A DNA stretch of 63,171 bases, counting the filler, from Collodictyon triciliatum (taxonomy: Eukaryota): NCBI GenBank assembly GCA_043381765.1. It is 8 parts of 8 records of this genome, joined end to end, with 100 filler letters (N's around TTAATTAATTAA, not from the genome) between each part and the next. Parts side by side here need not be neighbours in the genome. Positions count along the whole stretch, not along the records: positions 33,684 to 42,781 come from JBHJMP010003159.1; positions 42,882 to 48,030 come from JBHJMP010003160.1; positions 48,131 to 57,223 come from JBHJMP010003161.1; 5 more parts are not named here. The stretch is one strand, 5' to 3'. Shown here piece by piece: positions 36,706-49,128 of this stretch; positions within the stretch are counted from its first letter, which is position 1; every line of letters begins with the position of its first letter. Under the pieces are notes generated by a model. That model did no database searches, had not been told where the DNA came from, and saw only the letters and a program-made list of their open reading frames with translations. Both the position numbers and the translations under genes were made by a program.

Positions 36706-38843
36706 TTTATTCAAATTTTGGGTTTGAAAAGATCGATACTATATAACAGAAGCAATGTCAAGAGGACAAAATATTATTTGATCGCTTCCTTATGTTTATT
36801 ATAATAGACTCAGGCGTGGGCCCCACACGTCCCTCAACCATCGGTTAGACACCGATTTATTTATTTATTTATTTATTTATACTCGTCATAGAAAATAAAA
36901 TACTCATAAAATAATGATGCCTTTATTTAGTAAGGAGAAATTGATTGTTTATAGCCCCCTAATCTTCATGATTGTTTCGCACTTTTGTGTTTTTAAAAAA
37001 GATGTAATTGAAGCCATACTAAGCGGCTTTAATCAATAAAGAGTGCCCGGGGACTAGAGTCCTCGTTCGATCCATTTACGGGAGAAACTATCCATAGTAG
37101 GAATAGAACTAGGAGGTTTATTTTCTCTTTTTCTCTTTTTCTCTTTTTCTCTTTTTCTCTTTTTCTCTTTTTCTCTTTTTCTCTTTTTCTCTTTTTCTCT
37201 TTTTCTCTTTTTCTCTTTTTCTCTTTTTCTCTCTTTTCTCTTCTCTCTTCTCTTCTTTTTAATCCTGACAACGAGCTCTTTTACTCGCAGAAGTGATTTC
37301 GCTCGCTCCAAACCGTTTGCAAGAGACGATCGATCCACTACACCGGTTAGTTGTTTCCTTTCATGCGTACAGGAAAAAAATAGATTCTGCTCGTACGCAT
37401 GATTTTATCCAATCTATTTTCTTCGACCTTATTTAATTCCATGCGAGCACTAATTAAAAAAGATAGGAACCTATGCGAGCACAGAGCATGCCACAAAGTC
37501 AATCTAAATATACGCCTCAATCAGAAGTCATTCACGAAAAACCATCATATGAGGTATATTGTTTTCTTGTCTATTTTTCAATATCATAGCTAAGCATGTA
37601 TAGCTGTCTTTATCTCATATCATTTGATCTAATATTCTGACGACTCGCCATCAGGGACAAAAAAAAGATTCTCATGCTAGAGACTCGCCTGTTCAGTATG
37701 TTCGGTCGGTTGGTCGTGTTGACCCTGTCAGTAAACATGCATTGAAATTATATGCATACATCAGATGTAAGTGTATGTGTTAAATATGAAATCTAAATTA
37801 TCTTCTTTAAAATTTATCTGTGTAGAATCCAAATGACTCAGCACCACTTTCAAGAAGAAATTCATATGCATTTGAGACGAATGCGAACCCAGATGTATCC
37901 TTTATATATTTAACAATTCAAAGAGTGAAAAATATACAGTATAAAATATCTAGCAGAGGGGTGGGGTATTTTTCTATCGAGGAATCTCTAATACTCATGT
38001 GTGATTTGTGTGCCTTATAGCCAGACCGTTGGAAAATCCCTACTGATCACTCAACGAAACCTGTTATTCAACAAGGTTGTCAATATCATAATTTAAACTC
38101 AACCATGGCATATTTCTCCTGAGGATTCCTCCCCCTGCTTGTTTGATTCAAAATAACTTCCATTGATGACAAATTCAAGCTCAACACGCAAACCCTTGTT
38201 ATTGAACATAATGTAATATAATATATATGTCACACACGACGTCCGACAGTATCAGCTCCTTCATCAAACCGTGGTGCACCATCTCAAGTTCCTTGGGTAT
38301 AAGCGGAGTGTATTTTTGATTTATATTCGATAATTTTTTCCTTTATTCGATACAAACATATATATATTAAACCTTCATCGTTGTTGTAAATATCATAGGG
38401 AACTGATATCTCTCTACAAAATCGAATGGCCACGACATCTGAGCTAGAAAAAAAATTGATGGATTTGTCTATTCAGAAATCCAAGGTTTAGTAGCGTCAT
38501 ATCAATTTATAGGCATCGCTTTTTATTTTCACTCACAAAGGAGATAGAAGATTTAGAGAAATAAAAAAAAAAAAAGAAAAGTATGAAATGGGAAATACTA
38601 CAATAAAGTGTATTTTTCTTGTTTTAAAAACCCCATTCAAAAAATGTTAGGCACTCTTAATTCAACTGAACTTTATTTTTTGAAAAAAAAAAGTTCGAAT
38701 CTGAGCTCAATCATGTCAACCGAACTCCGATGAAGCCGCTGCAAAGACGCCGTGCGAAGGAGGAACTGGAGGAGAAATTAACAAAGACTGATCACGACAT
38801 CCAGCAAATACGGAAACAACTTCGACAAATGAATGCATTATAA
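33814..38843 (+). CDS. Multi-exon coiled-coil protein with a MPHOSPH9-like C-terminal motif (5'-partial)
   Basis: Heptad-rich exons (MAALEEALRNSEDTVSQLRKQLEEH; EVSAERDRLSYELATCKKRIETLQ). C-terminus ELEKKLMDLSIQKSK-FESELNHVNRTPMKPLQRRRAKEELEEKLTKTDHDIQQIRKQLRQMNAL*. The family assignment is from recalled similarity only. Confidence 0.7.
34495..34589 (+). repeat. (TAA)n microsatellite (also 53123-53220 and 57122-57223)
   Basis: Perfect trinucleotide arrays. Confidence 0.95.
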
Positions 38844-39613
38844 CAGCAGCTGGAATATTTTTTTGATAATGTTGCCTCGAATTGTGTGGCATTTCAGTAA
38901 CAACGAGTTAGCTGCTCATCAAATTGATCAAAACCGGATGTTTGCACCCGTGGCATGTAAATGAATCCATTCGAAATTCATCCAGCGAGAAGATAAAATA
39001 TTTTCTTATGAAATGATAGATAGTAACACAAGATGTTGGGGCTTCACAAATACGGCCAGCCTTTTCTTCTTTTTTCCATTTTCTTTCTTTTGATTATCAT
39101 TGTTGTCTTCCATGGCGATAAAGGTTTACGGTGATGTGTGTCTTACTCTCTTCTGACGGATTTAAACCTTGACATCTTACTGTTTAGTACGTTGAAGATG
39201 AGCATAAAATGAAGTTGCAGGCCCTTGTACACGTAGGCAACCAGCAACCCCTCCTAACTCCAGCACAATATGAAGGGTTGAGGGCCCTGATATATTGAGT
39301 CACCTAGAACATATGCTCTTACAATTACGGGTTTCAAAAGGCAGAGTATGGTTACTCAAAGCTCGAATGCATGCTTCAAAATGCGGCTGTGTCACACGAG
39401 AAGATACTTTTCACACGCGGGATAACTTTTTGCGTTCTTTTGTCTGAGAAGAAAGTAAAGGAGAACAAAGAAACGAGATAACATCATACAGAGACCTGTG
39501 AAGCGCCGCGATTTGTGTATTGGAGTTGCTCCGTGGATTGGCTAAAAAAAACAAAAAAAAAAAACATGATGGACTAACTTGCAAAATAGATGCAGCACCT
39601 CCGCAACCTCGTT

Positions 39614-39661
39614 TTTTTTTTTATTCTTCCTTTCAACTTTTGTGCAGGACCGAGAGGGGAT
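39614..39661 (-). mobile_element. Short retro-insertion, family B, 17-bp TSD
   Basis: Reverse complement atcccctctcggtcctgcacaaaagttgaaaggaagaataaaaaaaaa, flanked by acctccgcaacctcgtt (39597-39613, 39662-39678). Confidence 0.8.
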
Positions 39662-40140
39662 ACCTCCGCAACCTCGTTAAACTATCGTATTGCCAGCAGA
39701 AACGATTATATATATATATATATACTGATATATCTAGGTATTTTAAGGTGCGTTAAGTGGCGTGATACTTTTGAAATCAAATTTTTGCATAAACTCCACA
39801 ATAGAATTTTATTGCAATCAGACGATGTCATCAAATAGGATGCAGTCCACTATACAAATATGTACATGTTTCATTGAATCGTTGGATGAATCAGAGATCA
39901 GTCGATCGCATCTCAACACAGAGATGAATCAAACCACAGACCTGGCCTGTGTAAAATCAGTGCAATTGATTCGGGCTTCTCGGCTTAATCAAAACCGTCC
40001 TGCCTTTCAACGCAGTAAACCACACACAGGGACAATACATCACCCTACAATAATTTTTTTAATTAGAACCAAGCACTAAATCTAGACATTTGCAAACAAA
40101 CCTCTCCACTCCCAGATCACCGACAAAACCCTTTGGCCTG

Positions 40141-41935
40141 ATGGACAAATACCGCCGTGTTCCGAAAGCTCGCAACGAAGAGCGTGAGATCCTTGAAAAC
40201 GAGCTGCGAGTCACCTCCAACCAGTCGATTGGTTCATACGTTTCTATGGCCCTTCAGATGCTCAAGGTTTCCTATATTTCTTATTTTTTAACTTGATCAA
40301 GCTTGGAATCCCCAAAACTAGCCAGCGGCTTTTCTTTCTATAAGTCGTAGCGTTTGTTCATATGTTCATAACCTCACTTTCTACCTTGGTAATTTTCGCA
40401 TAACCGCTATTTGTGCCTTCTAATTTATTTTTATTTTAAAAAAAGGCTGGCAAACACCGCAGCATCCACGTCAAAGGAATGGGCCGTGTAATCAACAAGA
40501 CAATCACAATTGTAGAGGTTGTCAAACGTAGATTGCTGGGAGTTCACCAGGTAAAACAAGACAACGAAACACCTGCGTTTCTCATTCTTTATCAACCCTT
40601 GTAAGAACATGTTTTCAGTTCAGTTTCAGGCATTTGCAGCTCTCATAGTAAGCGTCCTCCTCACACCCACTTTTTTTTTTGGTCTAGATTACCACGATCG
40701 ACTCAACCCAAGTGGAGGATGAGTACGAGCCACTTGAGGAAGGCCTCGAACGGAAGAAGCTGAGCCGCATGGTATCCTCAATCACCATCGAGCTGTCACT
40801 GGAACAGCTCAACACTCAAAACCCTGGGTAAGTAGTCACCAAAGGACTAAATCATGATCGACACCGTACTTAAAGACAATACCATGCTCTTTACATGAAA
40901 CAACACTTCATTAAACCAGATACCAGCCACCTATTAGTGCGGACGAGGTTGAGGAAAGTAAGAGTCGGACTATTTTTATATGATATTAGGATATCCCTCA
41001 AAAGCATTTTCCTGAAAAACATGGGAGAAAAAGAAGGAAGCCAAGACATATTTTTCCCTCCTAATACGCATTCCTCACCTTTTGATGTCCACTTATTCAG
41101 ACCCTGTTGAAACCAAGCGACGCCAGCCCCGTATCAATCCCAATCAAAATGTCAATCAAAATGCCAATCAAAAGCTCAACCAAAAGTCCAACCAAAACAC
41201 CGGCAATCGTCGCGTTGTGACTGCCCAGTCAGGTGATGGTAAATCGCAAGAAAGCATCAAGGTGATGATCCACACAGAGTCATCTAGCGACCAAGGTATC
41301 GTGGAGTTCACCAAATGCACACCTTTTCATCTCTCTCTTACTCATCCCTTATTTTCATCCCTTATTTTCATCCCTTATTTTCATCCCTTATTTTCATCCC
41401 TTCTTCTCATCCCTTCTTCATATATCTTCTTCTCATCCCTTCTTCATATATCTTCTTTCCACCCCTTCTCATGCTACCTACCATCCCCCAACCAGCATCG
41501 AGCGCATTTGCCGAAAACCCCCGTGGACGCGGCCGTGGGCGAGGCCGTGGACGCGGCAGAGGACGCGGCGGATTCGGCGGACGAGGGGCGATTGCGAACC
41601 GCGAAGGGATGACAAACGAGGACGTCCGTCGGCAGAATGCGATGCAGCCGCGAGAGGAGTTCAGGGAGGAGCGTTTGCCGCAGAGAGATGCAGCAGACCG
41701 CGGCCGTGGCGGATTCGGGCGGGGACGCGGCAGAGGACGAGGACGAGGCCGTGGCGGTCCCGCACTCGAGGGCCGCGGATACCCGCACCGTGGCGAAGAA
41801 GCCGCCGAGGCGCAGTACGAGCATCGCGACGCACCCGGCAATGCAGACGAACGGCCTCTGCCTCGGGCGGGCAGCCGCGGTGGATTCCGGGGACGCGGAC
41901 GCGGGCGTGGCGGGCGTGGCGGACGTGTAAGATGA
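40141..41935 (+). CDS. Alba-domain nucleic-acid-binding protein (Rpp25/Mdp2 group) with a C-terminal RGG tract
   Basis: MDKYRRVPK..NELRVT..GSYVSMAL / KGMGRVINKTITIVEVVKRR..HQ / ITTIDS..DEYEPLEEGL..R.VSSITIELS..LNTQNPG/YQPP, followed by RGRGRGG repeats. Confidence 0.92.
41341..41455 (+). repeat. Intronic about 13-bp minisatellite (TCATCCCTTATTT)n
   Basis: Imperfect tandem repeat in an Alba-gene intron. Confidence 0.75.
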
Positions 41936-43292
41936 TTTTGTTTGGTGTTGTCTCTCTTTCCCTTCCTCTATTTCATATGGTCTGTTGGTCTAAATTCTTC
42001 ATCTCTTAGCATCTTTTTTGTCTTTTTTTGTCTTTTTTGTCTTTTTTGTCTTTTTTTGTCTTTTTTGTCTTTTTTTGTCTTTTTTTGTCTTTTTTTGTCT
42101 TTTTTTGTCTTTTTTTGTCTTTTTTTGTCTTTTTTTTGTCTTTGTCTTCTTTGTCTTCTTTGTCTTTTTTAACCATGTTGATTGATAGATGACTATTCTT
42201 TTTTGACTCCTATAATGTACATGTTTGTTGCTAGGCATTTAGTTTCTAAAATAAATCAATGTGAAAATGGAGATAACTTTTATCTAACACTACGATTCAT
42301 GGCGCAGGCGGAGCAAAATCAGCCGCTCCCAATCGGCACAGACAACTAAAAGTGCGTCTGAGTTCATGGTTTTCTCTGTCTGAATGAAGACCCTATGCAT
42401 TCAAGCATCTTATTTTCTTTTTAAAATTGAAGTAGAAAAGGAAAAGAAAGGAAATGGAACAGTAATAGCTTGTGTGCATGTGGAAGAGATAAAACAATTT
42501 TCCTTCTCTATCACCATCCTTTCTGTAGAGCCGATGCACTTGGCGAGTTATTGAAGGCTTCAAATAGTGCTGTGAGACGAAAACTGCATTCAGCACAAAC
42601 CAAGTTTCCCTCACTCCACGCCACTCGGCTGTCCTTCTCCCTGTGTTATCATTCACGCACACTTTCGCCAGATGACCCGTTTTCTTTTTCTTTTTCTTTT
42701 TCTTTTTCTTTTTCTTTTTCTTTTTCTTTTTCTTTTTCTTTTTCTTTTTCTTTTTCTTTTTCTTTTTCTTTTTCTTTTTCTNNNNNNNNNNNNNNNNNNN
42801 NNNNNNNNNNNNNNNNNNNNNNNNNTTAATTAATTAANNNNNNNNNNNNNNNNNNNNNNNNNNNNNNNNNNNNNNNNNNNNAAAAGAGAAAAAAAAAGAG
42901 AAAAAAAAAGAGAAAAAAAAGAGAAAAAAGAGAAAAAAGAGAAAAAAAGAGAAAAAAAAGAGAAAAAAAAGAGAAAAAAAAGAGAAAAAAAAGAGAAAAA
43001 TAGAGAAAATAGAGAAAAATAGAGAAAAGAGAGAAAAGAGAGAAAAGAGAGAAAAGGGAAAAGAGAAAAATAAAAAAAGAGAAAAAAAGAGAAAAAAAGG
43101 AAAAAAGAGGGGAAAAGAAGAAAAAAAGGGAATGTAGGAAATTGATAATCTGCAATAAAAAAAAAAGAAGCCAAAATACACATTTGAATTGTGGTAAATG
43201 CGAGGCGCTTTCTCTTTATATTTGACATCCTTATCAAAGGTTTCATAGGCTGTACTTATTGATTTTTTTTTTAGAGAAACTAAGAAACAAAC

Positions 43293-44393
43293 CAGTAGGA
43301 CATAAAATACGCGCGCATAGGTGGCTCCATAATATCCAACCAATCCCATGGCAACCCCAACTGCTCCAAACCAGTATCCAACGAATAGCGTCAGTGAGGA
43401 GAAAAACTATACAAAAACAATTTCCATATCATTCACCAGCCTATGGGTATTATATAAACGCGCTGTAAACTAGCAGTCTTAATTTTCTACATCAGAATAC
43501 AAAAGAAAAGTTGAAAACATCTCCTTCCCGAAAACTTGAGGAAAGAATAATATAAATATAAATATAAATATAAATATAAATATAAATATAAATATAAATA
43601 TAAATATAAATATAAATATAAATATAAATATAAAAATAAAGATAAAAATAAAGATAAAAATAAAGATAAAAATAAAGATAAAAATAAAGATAAAAATAAA
43701 GATAAAAATAAAGATAAAAATAAAGATAAAAATAAGAAATAGAAATGCAAAAAAAATATCCATTCTAGCCACGGATTATCTGAATAACATACCACATCAA
43801 GAAGGGATATAACACGAACAAAACCGGCTCGACGTCGTAGTGTATGGTCCTGTATGAATGGAGCGCTTGGATTTTCCACATCCACGGTCATTGCTGGATA
43901 AAATGGCTGCATTGGCCCATCGTAATCGTGATGGAGAGTGGCCTTTACCGCACCAACCACCAAGACATACAAATATGATTTAGAATAAGTAAAAAATCAC
44001 TATGAACTGCAAAAGGAAAACAAGAAAAAAGAAAGAGTAAACGTACCATAAGTAAAAGAGAAAAATATCTATTGGGGCCATGTCAATACGACAACCGCTA
44101 GAGCCACATTTTCAGGTATATAGTACGACACACATCATACAAAGCCTTTCAGGGCTCAATTTGAGACGAGCAATGACCGAAGCATGATGATTAGTGAAAA
44201 TATTTACAGGATAAGGCACAACTGGAGTCATTCCAGGGGGATACTGATGAGGCTGAATCGGATGGGGCGGATAAGGTGGATATCCTGGATATGCCGCAAA
44301 TCCCGGATAGGCTGGATGCGGAGCGTACATTGGATAGGGCACGTAATTGCCCGCAGCAGTTGCGGAAGCGCCCGGTGCGCCTGGGACGGCCAT
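43293..44393 (-). CDS. Partial Pro/Tyr-rich membrane protein of unknown function
   Basis: Exon-like segments: YVPYPMYAPHPAYPGFAAYPGYPPYPP; FIQDHTLRRRAGFVRVISLLD; hydrophobic FSSLTLFVGYWFGAVGVAMGLVGYYGATY. Ends not resolved. Confidence 0.55.
43549..43735 (+). repeat. (ATATAA)n followed by (AAAAATAAAGAT)n
   Basis: Direct tandem repeats within an intron. Confidence 0.9.
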
Positions 44394-44925
44394 GAGGAAA
44401 GGCGGGGCCGGATACCCGGAGCTGAGTTCCGGTTCAGCATGGAAGAGACAATATATACATTTACGAGATTGTGAGTGGGGTGGGTTCGCTNNNNNNNNNN
44501 NNNNNNNNNNNNNNNNNNNNNNNNNNNNNNNNNNNNNNNNNNNNNNNNNNNNNNNNNNNNNNNNNNNNNNNNNNNNNNNNNNNNNNNNNNNNNNNNNNNN
44601 NNNNNNNNNNNNNNNNNNNNNNNNNNNNNNNNNNNNNNNNNNNNNNNNNNNNNNNNNNNNNNNNNNNNNNNNNNNNNNNNNNNNNNNNNNNNNNNNNNNN
44701 NNNNNNNNNNNNNNNNNNNNNNNNNNNNNNNNNNNNNNNNNNNNNNNNNNNNNNNNNNNNNNNNNNNNNNNNNNNNNNNNNNNNNNNNNNNNNNNNNNNN
44801 NNNNNNNNNNNNNNNNNNNNNNNNNNNNNNNNNNNNNNNNNNNNNNNNNNNNNNNNNNNNNNNNNNNNNNNNNNNNNNNNNNNNNNNNNNNNNNNNNNNN
44901 NNNNNNNNNNNNNNNNNNNNNNNNN

Positions 44926-45313
44926 TAGTCTTTTTCAGCCTCCCCAGGCGGAGAAACAAAAGGAAGGCCATGAACGCAGCAAAGGGCACAGAGGGGTTGA
45001 AATACTGAATTGGTTCAGCTCGTGCGAGGTTTCTCTCGCTCTAAAAACTCTACCAAACAAGAAAACAGTGCCTCCCGCCTTGAAAGCCTCGTGCAATACA
45101 GCTTCCTAAACAGCCTGCTGAAACACGCTCGCATTCTTCGCTAATCTGACTGCAAACAAAGAGAGATGTGGGAATGTGTTGTGCGATATCTCCTGCAGCA
45201 TATCCAACCCCTGCTACCCACGCAACCAATCAACCAGTTGGGTCGCCCACCCGACCAACTCGCTACCAATGGTTTCTTTCCGGTGCTAGCCTCTTCCCTG
45301 TAGCGTCTCCTAC
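44926..45313 (+). mobile_element. Internally deleted LINE remnant (pre-RT motif fused to the 3' region of family A)
   Basis: FSSCEVSLALKTLPNKKT resembles the pre-RT 'EI..AI..L...K.PG' motif. 45080-45313 aligns with 17819-18052. Confidence 0.7.
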
Positions 45314-45319
45314 ACTAGT

Positions 45320-46622
45320 GCTTTTTGAGCTTATTCTTGTATTGTATATAAAACATTTTAGGATGATTATCTCTTCATGTTGTACATATGATAAGCTATT
45401 GCGTGAGAGATACAAGGCGAGGTCTAATATCTTTCTCAGCTTCTTTCCACATGTCTCTTCTCACAGGGTCTGAGTAGTAGAGAACATGCAGGTGGCGAAG
45501 GAAGCTATTGAGGAAATAGATTTGTATGATGTCATCCAGTTTATTATCAGGAATGGGTGGCTGGTTGTTGAATCTTGCTTTGCGTGAGTATATGTGCGCT
45601 ATCCACATAGTCCATAGCAAATGACCTCGCGTCACTACCCAGAATGTTTTTGCATCTGGGCGCAGCTGTTGCAGAGGCCCAAATATCGCCTGGATTGGGC
45701 CAACAGCCGCAGCCGTCTTGAGTGTCAGTCGGAGAATCTTGCCGGCTGTTTTGCACAGGTTTTGAGCGAAGGGTCATTGCACAAATGTGTGCTCAATGGA
45801 TTCATCACCGTTGCTGCAAAGTGTGCATTGTTGGGAGACTTTGCCAGCTTTTGCCGCGCGTGTGCCTATCCATAGCTCCCTATTGGTGATATTAAGCATT
45901 AGAGAGCGGTGATTTGGAAGGACTTGCGGGGTTCGTGCTTGTCTCCAGCTCGCGGTGAGCGGGGTGTGGGTGATGCCCAGTGTTTCTCCCCATCGTTGAT
46001 GTTTTGACTTTTTGTAAGGTGTCGGCGGCGATATTTTGTATCGAAAGAATTTGGAGTAGGCCATAGCCATCGAGAACTGCATAGACTGCGCACCGTTGGA
46101 CGAGCGTTCGTTCTTGAGGCGGAAAAAGAATGGCGACGGGATGTCGTATGAGATTGGTCTGCGTGAGCGCCACTTTCCTTTGTTATTCAGGACGGCTGTG
46201 GTTGGCTGTGCATCGTGTGTGCGGAATGCGGTGGAGCCTGGCGTTGTGATGTATGCGCCGTCTTCTTTGAGCGAGATTTCTCTGATGGTGGCCGTGTTGC
46301 CTTCGTGAATCTGTTTGACGATGCAGAAGCCTTTCTGGTTGTCCCAGCATATTTGTCCTGCTGCTAATGGCTCGTTCAGGGGTATTGTCATTTCGCAGTG
46401 AGTATACAGAATCTGCCAACGCGAGAGCAAAGGCTCGGGTGTGTTTGGAGGTGGTCGTGGGATTGTTCTTTGTTGCAACTGTGCTTTGAAGTCTGCACAT
46501 AGTTTGGTGATGAGTTTCCACATCCCAATTTGCCAAAACCCTTTCGGCTGCATGAACATGTCCGCCCACCACTTCATGGTCAGTGATATCCATGCGGTTT
46601 TGGGTGTGATGAGTCCAACGCC
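45320..46622 (-). mobile_element. Second, diverged L1/Tx1-like LINE: ORF2 C-terminal part with zinc knuckle
   Basis: The ORF has FSMAMAYSKFFRYKI..ELWIGTR..CTLCSNGDESIEHTFVQ, homologous at protein level to 17273-18139, but with a different 3' UTR and tail. Confidence 0.8.
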
Positions 46623-47173
46623 NNNNNNNNNNNNNNNNNNNNNNNNNNNNNNNNNNNNNNNNNNNNNNNNNNNNNNNNNNNNNNNNNNNNNNNNNNNNNN
46701 NNNNNNNNNNNNNNNNNNNNNNNNNNNNNNNNNNNNNNNNNNNNNNNNNNNNNNNNNNNNNNNNNNNNNNNNNNNNNNNNNNNNNNNNNNNNNNNNNNNN
46801 NNNNNNNNNNNNNNNNNNNNNNNNNNNNNNNNNNNNNNNNNNNNNNNNNNNNNNNNNNNNNNNNNNNNNNNNNNNNNNNNNNNNNNNNNNNNNNNNNNNN
46901 NNNNNNNNNNNNNNNNNNNNNNNNNNNNNNNNNNNNNNNNNNNNNNNNNNNNNNNNNNNNNNNNNNNNNNNNNNNNNNNNNNNNNNNNNNNNNNNNNNNN
47001 NNNNNNNNNNNNNNNNNNNNNNNNNNNNNNNNNNNNNNNNNNNNNNNNNNNNNNNNNNNNNNNNNNNNNNNNNNNNNNNNNNNNNNNNNNNNNNNNNNNN
47101 NNNNNNNNNNNNNNNNNNNNNNNNNNNNNNNNNNNNNNNNNNNNNNNNNNNNNNNNNNNNNNNNNNNNNNNNN

Positions 47174-47543
47174 TTTTTCCTTTATTCGATTCAAAGGAGT
47201 CGGCTACAAAGTTAAAGAGAAGCAACGCCAGAGGGTATCCTTGGTAGACGCCGCTTTGTCTCTGGATTATGTCGGTAGGGCCGTGTGCAGTCAGAATCCT
47301 AGTTGCGTGGATTTCACTGCTCTCCTCGAGGTTGACGTCTAACAGCCCATAATTGTTTTCTTGATCATAATGAGTAGGAAGCTGTTTTGTTCAGCTTGTC
47401 CGTTCCACTGACGTGGAATCGGGGGCGTATAATTCTCGGTGAATCATATCGGCCCGTTTTGCATCATCGTGTACATCCGTACACTGGTTAAGTTTCCTAC
47501 TGATTGCTTTGTGACCTCTATCAGTAAAATACTTGTGAGCCAT
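47174..47543 (-). mobile_element. Deleted LINE remnant: RT motif joined directly to the family A tail
   Basis: Minus strand reads RILTAHGPTDIIQRQSGVYQGYPLALLLFNFVADSF (degenerate RT 'GVRQGCPLSPLLFN' motif), immediately followed by tttgaatcgaataaaggaaaaa. Confidence 0.7.
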
Positions 47544-47599
47544 CAATCAGTATATGTTGGCATAATTATTTCTTATATACATGTGGGTTGTTGACATTG

Positions 47600-48030
47600 A
47601 AAATAGTTCCAGAATTGGGGTGAGTTCGAGCTGCGGAAAGGCGGCCAGTTGCACCTGACTCTCCGCATTTCTCGATGGCCATGGCGTACTCCAAATTCTT
47701 CCGATACAAAATCATCAGTCCGAATCCTTACAAACCGGAGAAGATGAGTTTTTGGGCCGAAATTATAGGCATTATAGACCCGCCGATAGTCAAAAGCTGA
47801 AAGCAAGCCCGTATACCTCAGCTACTCCCGAAACACCGCGCCCTACTTCTCAATATCTCCAACAGAGAGCTGTGGATAGGTGCGCGCGTAGTCCATGCAG
47901 CAACGACCTCTCCAGAATGCACCAAATGCCATAGTGGAGATGACTCTATCGAACACACATTTGTGAAGTGCTCTCTTGCTCAAAAAGTGACAGAATCTAC
48001 CCACAAGATGCTCTCTGAGCTTGATTAAGC
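47600..48030 (+). mobile_element. Family A LINE ORF2 C-terminal fragment, truncated by the contig end
   Basis: High nucleotide similarity to 17273-17636; encodes ECTKCHSGDDSIEHTFVKC. Confidence 0.85.
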
Positions 48031-49128
48031 NNNNNNNNNNNNNNNNNNNNNNNNNNNNNNNNNNNNNNNNNNNNTTAATTAATTAANNNNNNNNNNNNNN
48101 NNNNNNNNNNNNNNNNNNNNNNNNNNNNNNTTTTCTCTCTCTTTTTCTCTCTCTTTTTCTCTCTCTTTTTCTCTCTCTTTTTCTCTCTCTTTTTCTCTCT
48201 CTTTTTCTCTCTCTTTTTCTCTCTCTTTTCTTTTGCGCTCTGCTCAGACAAGCAACAGCAGGAGGATTTTTGTTCTGACTGTCTCTTTGCTGCCCTCCGT
48301 CGCAGAGAAAAGCAGCTTTGGAAGATGGTAGCTGCTTGATCGAAAAGCCGTTGCAAAGTTGTTCCACAAGAAGAGTAGATCAGTGATATGATTCAGCATT
48401 TATTGGGGATAACTGAGTTACCGAATGTTCCCATTGTGTGACATATTCTCTATGTGGAATAAATCCTCGCTGGTCGTTTTCATTGAAAGTCTTTGAGGCT
48501 GTACGATCAAGAAGCAAACGCAAACAATCAAAACTTCGCCTTTCACAACTCGTGATGATCACTTTGCTCAAATGCGCCCGAGGCGCGATCAGTCGACCAA
48601 AGGCTCATCGTTCGGGTTCAAGCGATCAAGGAAAGAAAAAAAAATATTATTATTCGGCCTAATTCACTTTTCTTTTTGTTTCTTTTTGTTTCTTTTTGTT
48701 TCTTTTGTCATCTAGTGTATTTTTTTTTTGTTTCTATTTTATTTACTTTTTCTGAGGTATTGTTATCTATATTGTTTGTAGATAATAATACCTCATTTCT
48801 CTTTTATTTTGTTACTTCTATTGTACTTAGTTATATTTTATCTCCTTTCCCCTTTATTCGTTTTTGCATCGAGTTTTTATTTTATTCGCTTTAGAGGAAA
48901 AACACATTTATATTAATTATGGACTTGGACGGTTGTTTGACTCTGTTGTGGTTAGCCAATATGCTGTATCTCCTATTCAAACAATCCCTTTTCCCAGGGC
49001 TCTGCTAGATTTATTTTTTCCCGAAGCGCTAACTAAAAACAACTACAAATGATTCGTGTCTGGTGTTTTCTTTTCTAGATAAATACGCTACCACGTTTCG
49101 AAAACCTCAAATCCTAATTTCCCTTCAG

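Noticed and set aside
41407-41930. Overlapping antisense and alternative-frame ORFs over the RGG region
   Set aside because: Shadow ORFs caused by GC-rich Arg/Gly codons.
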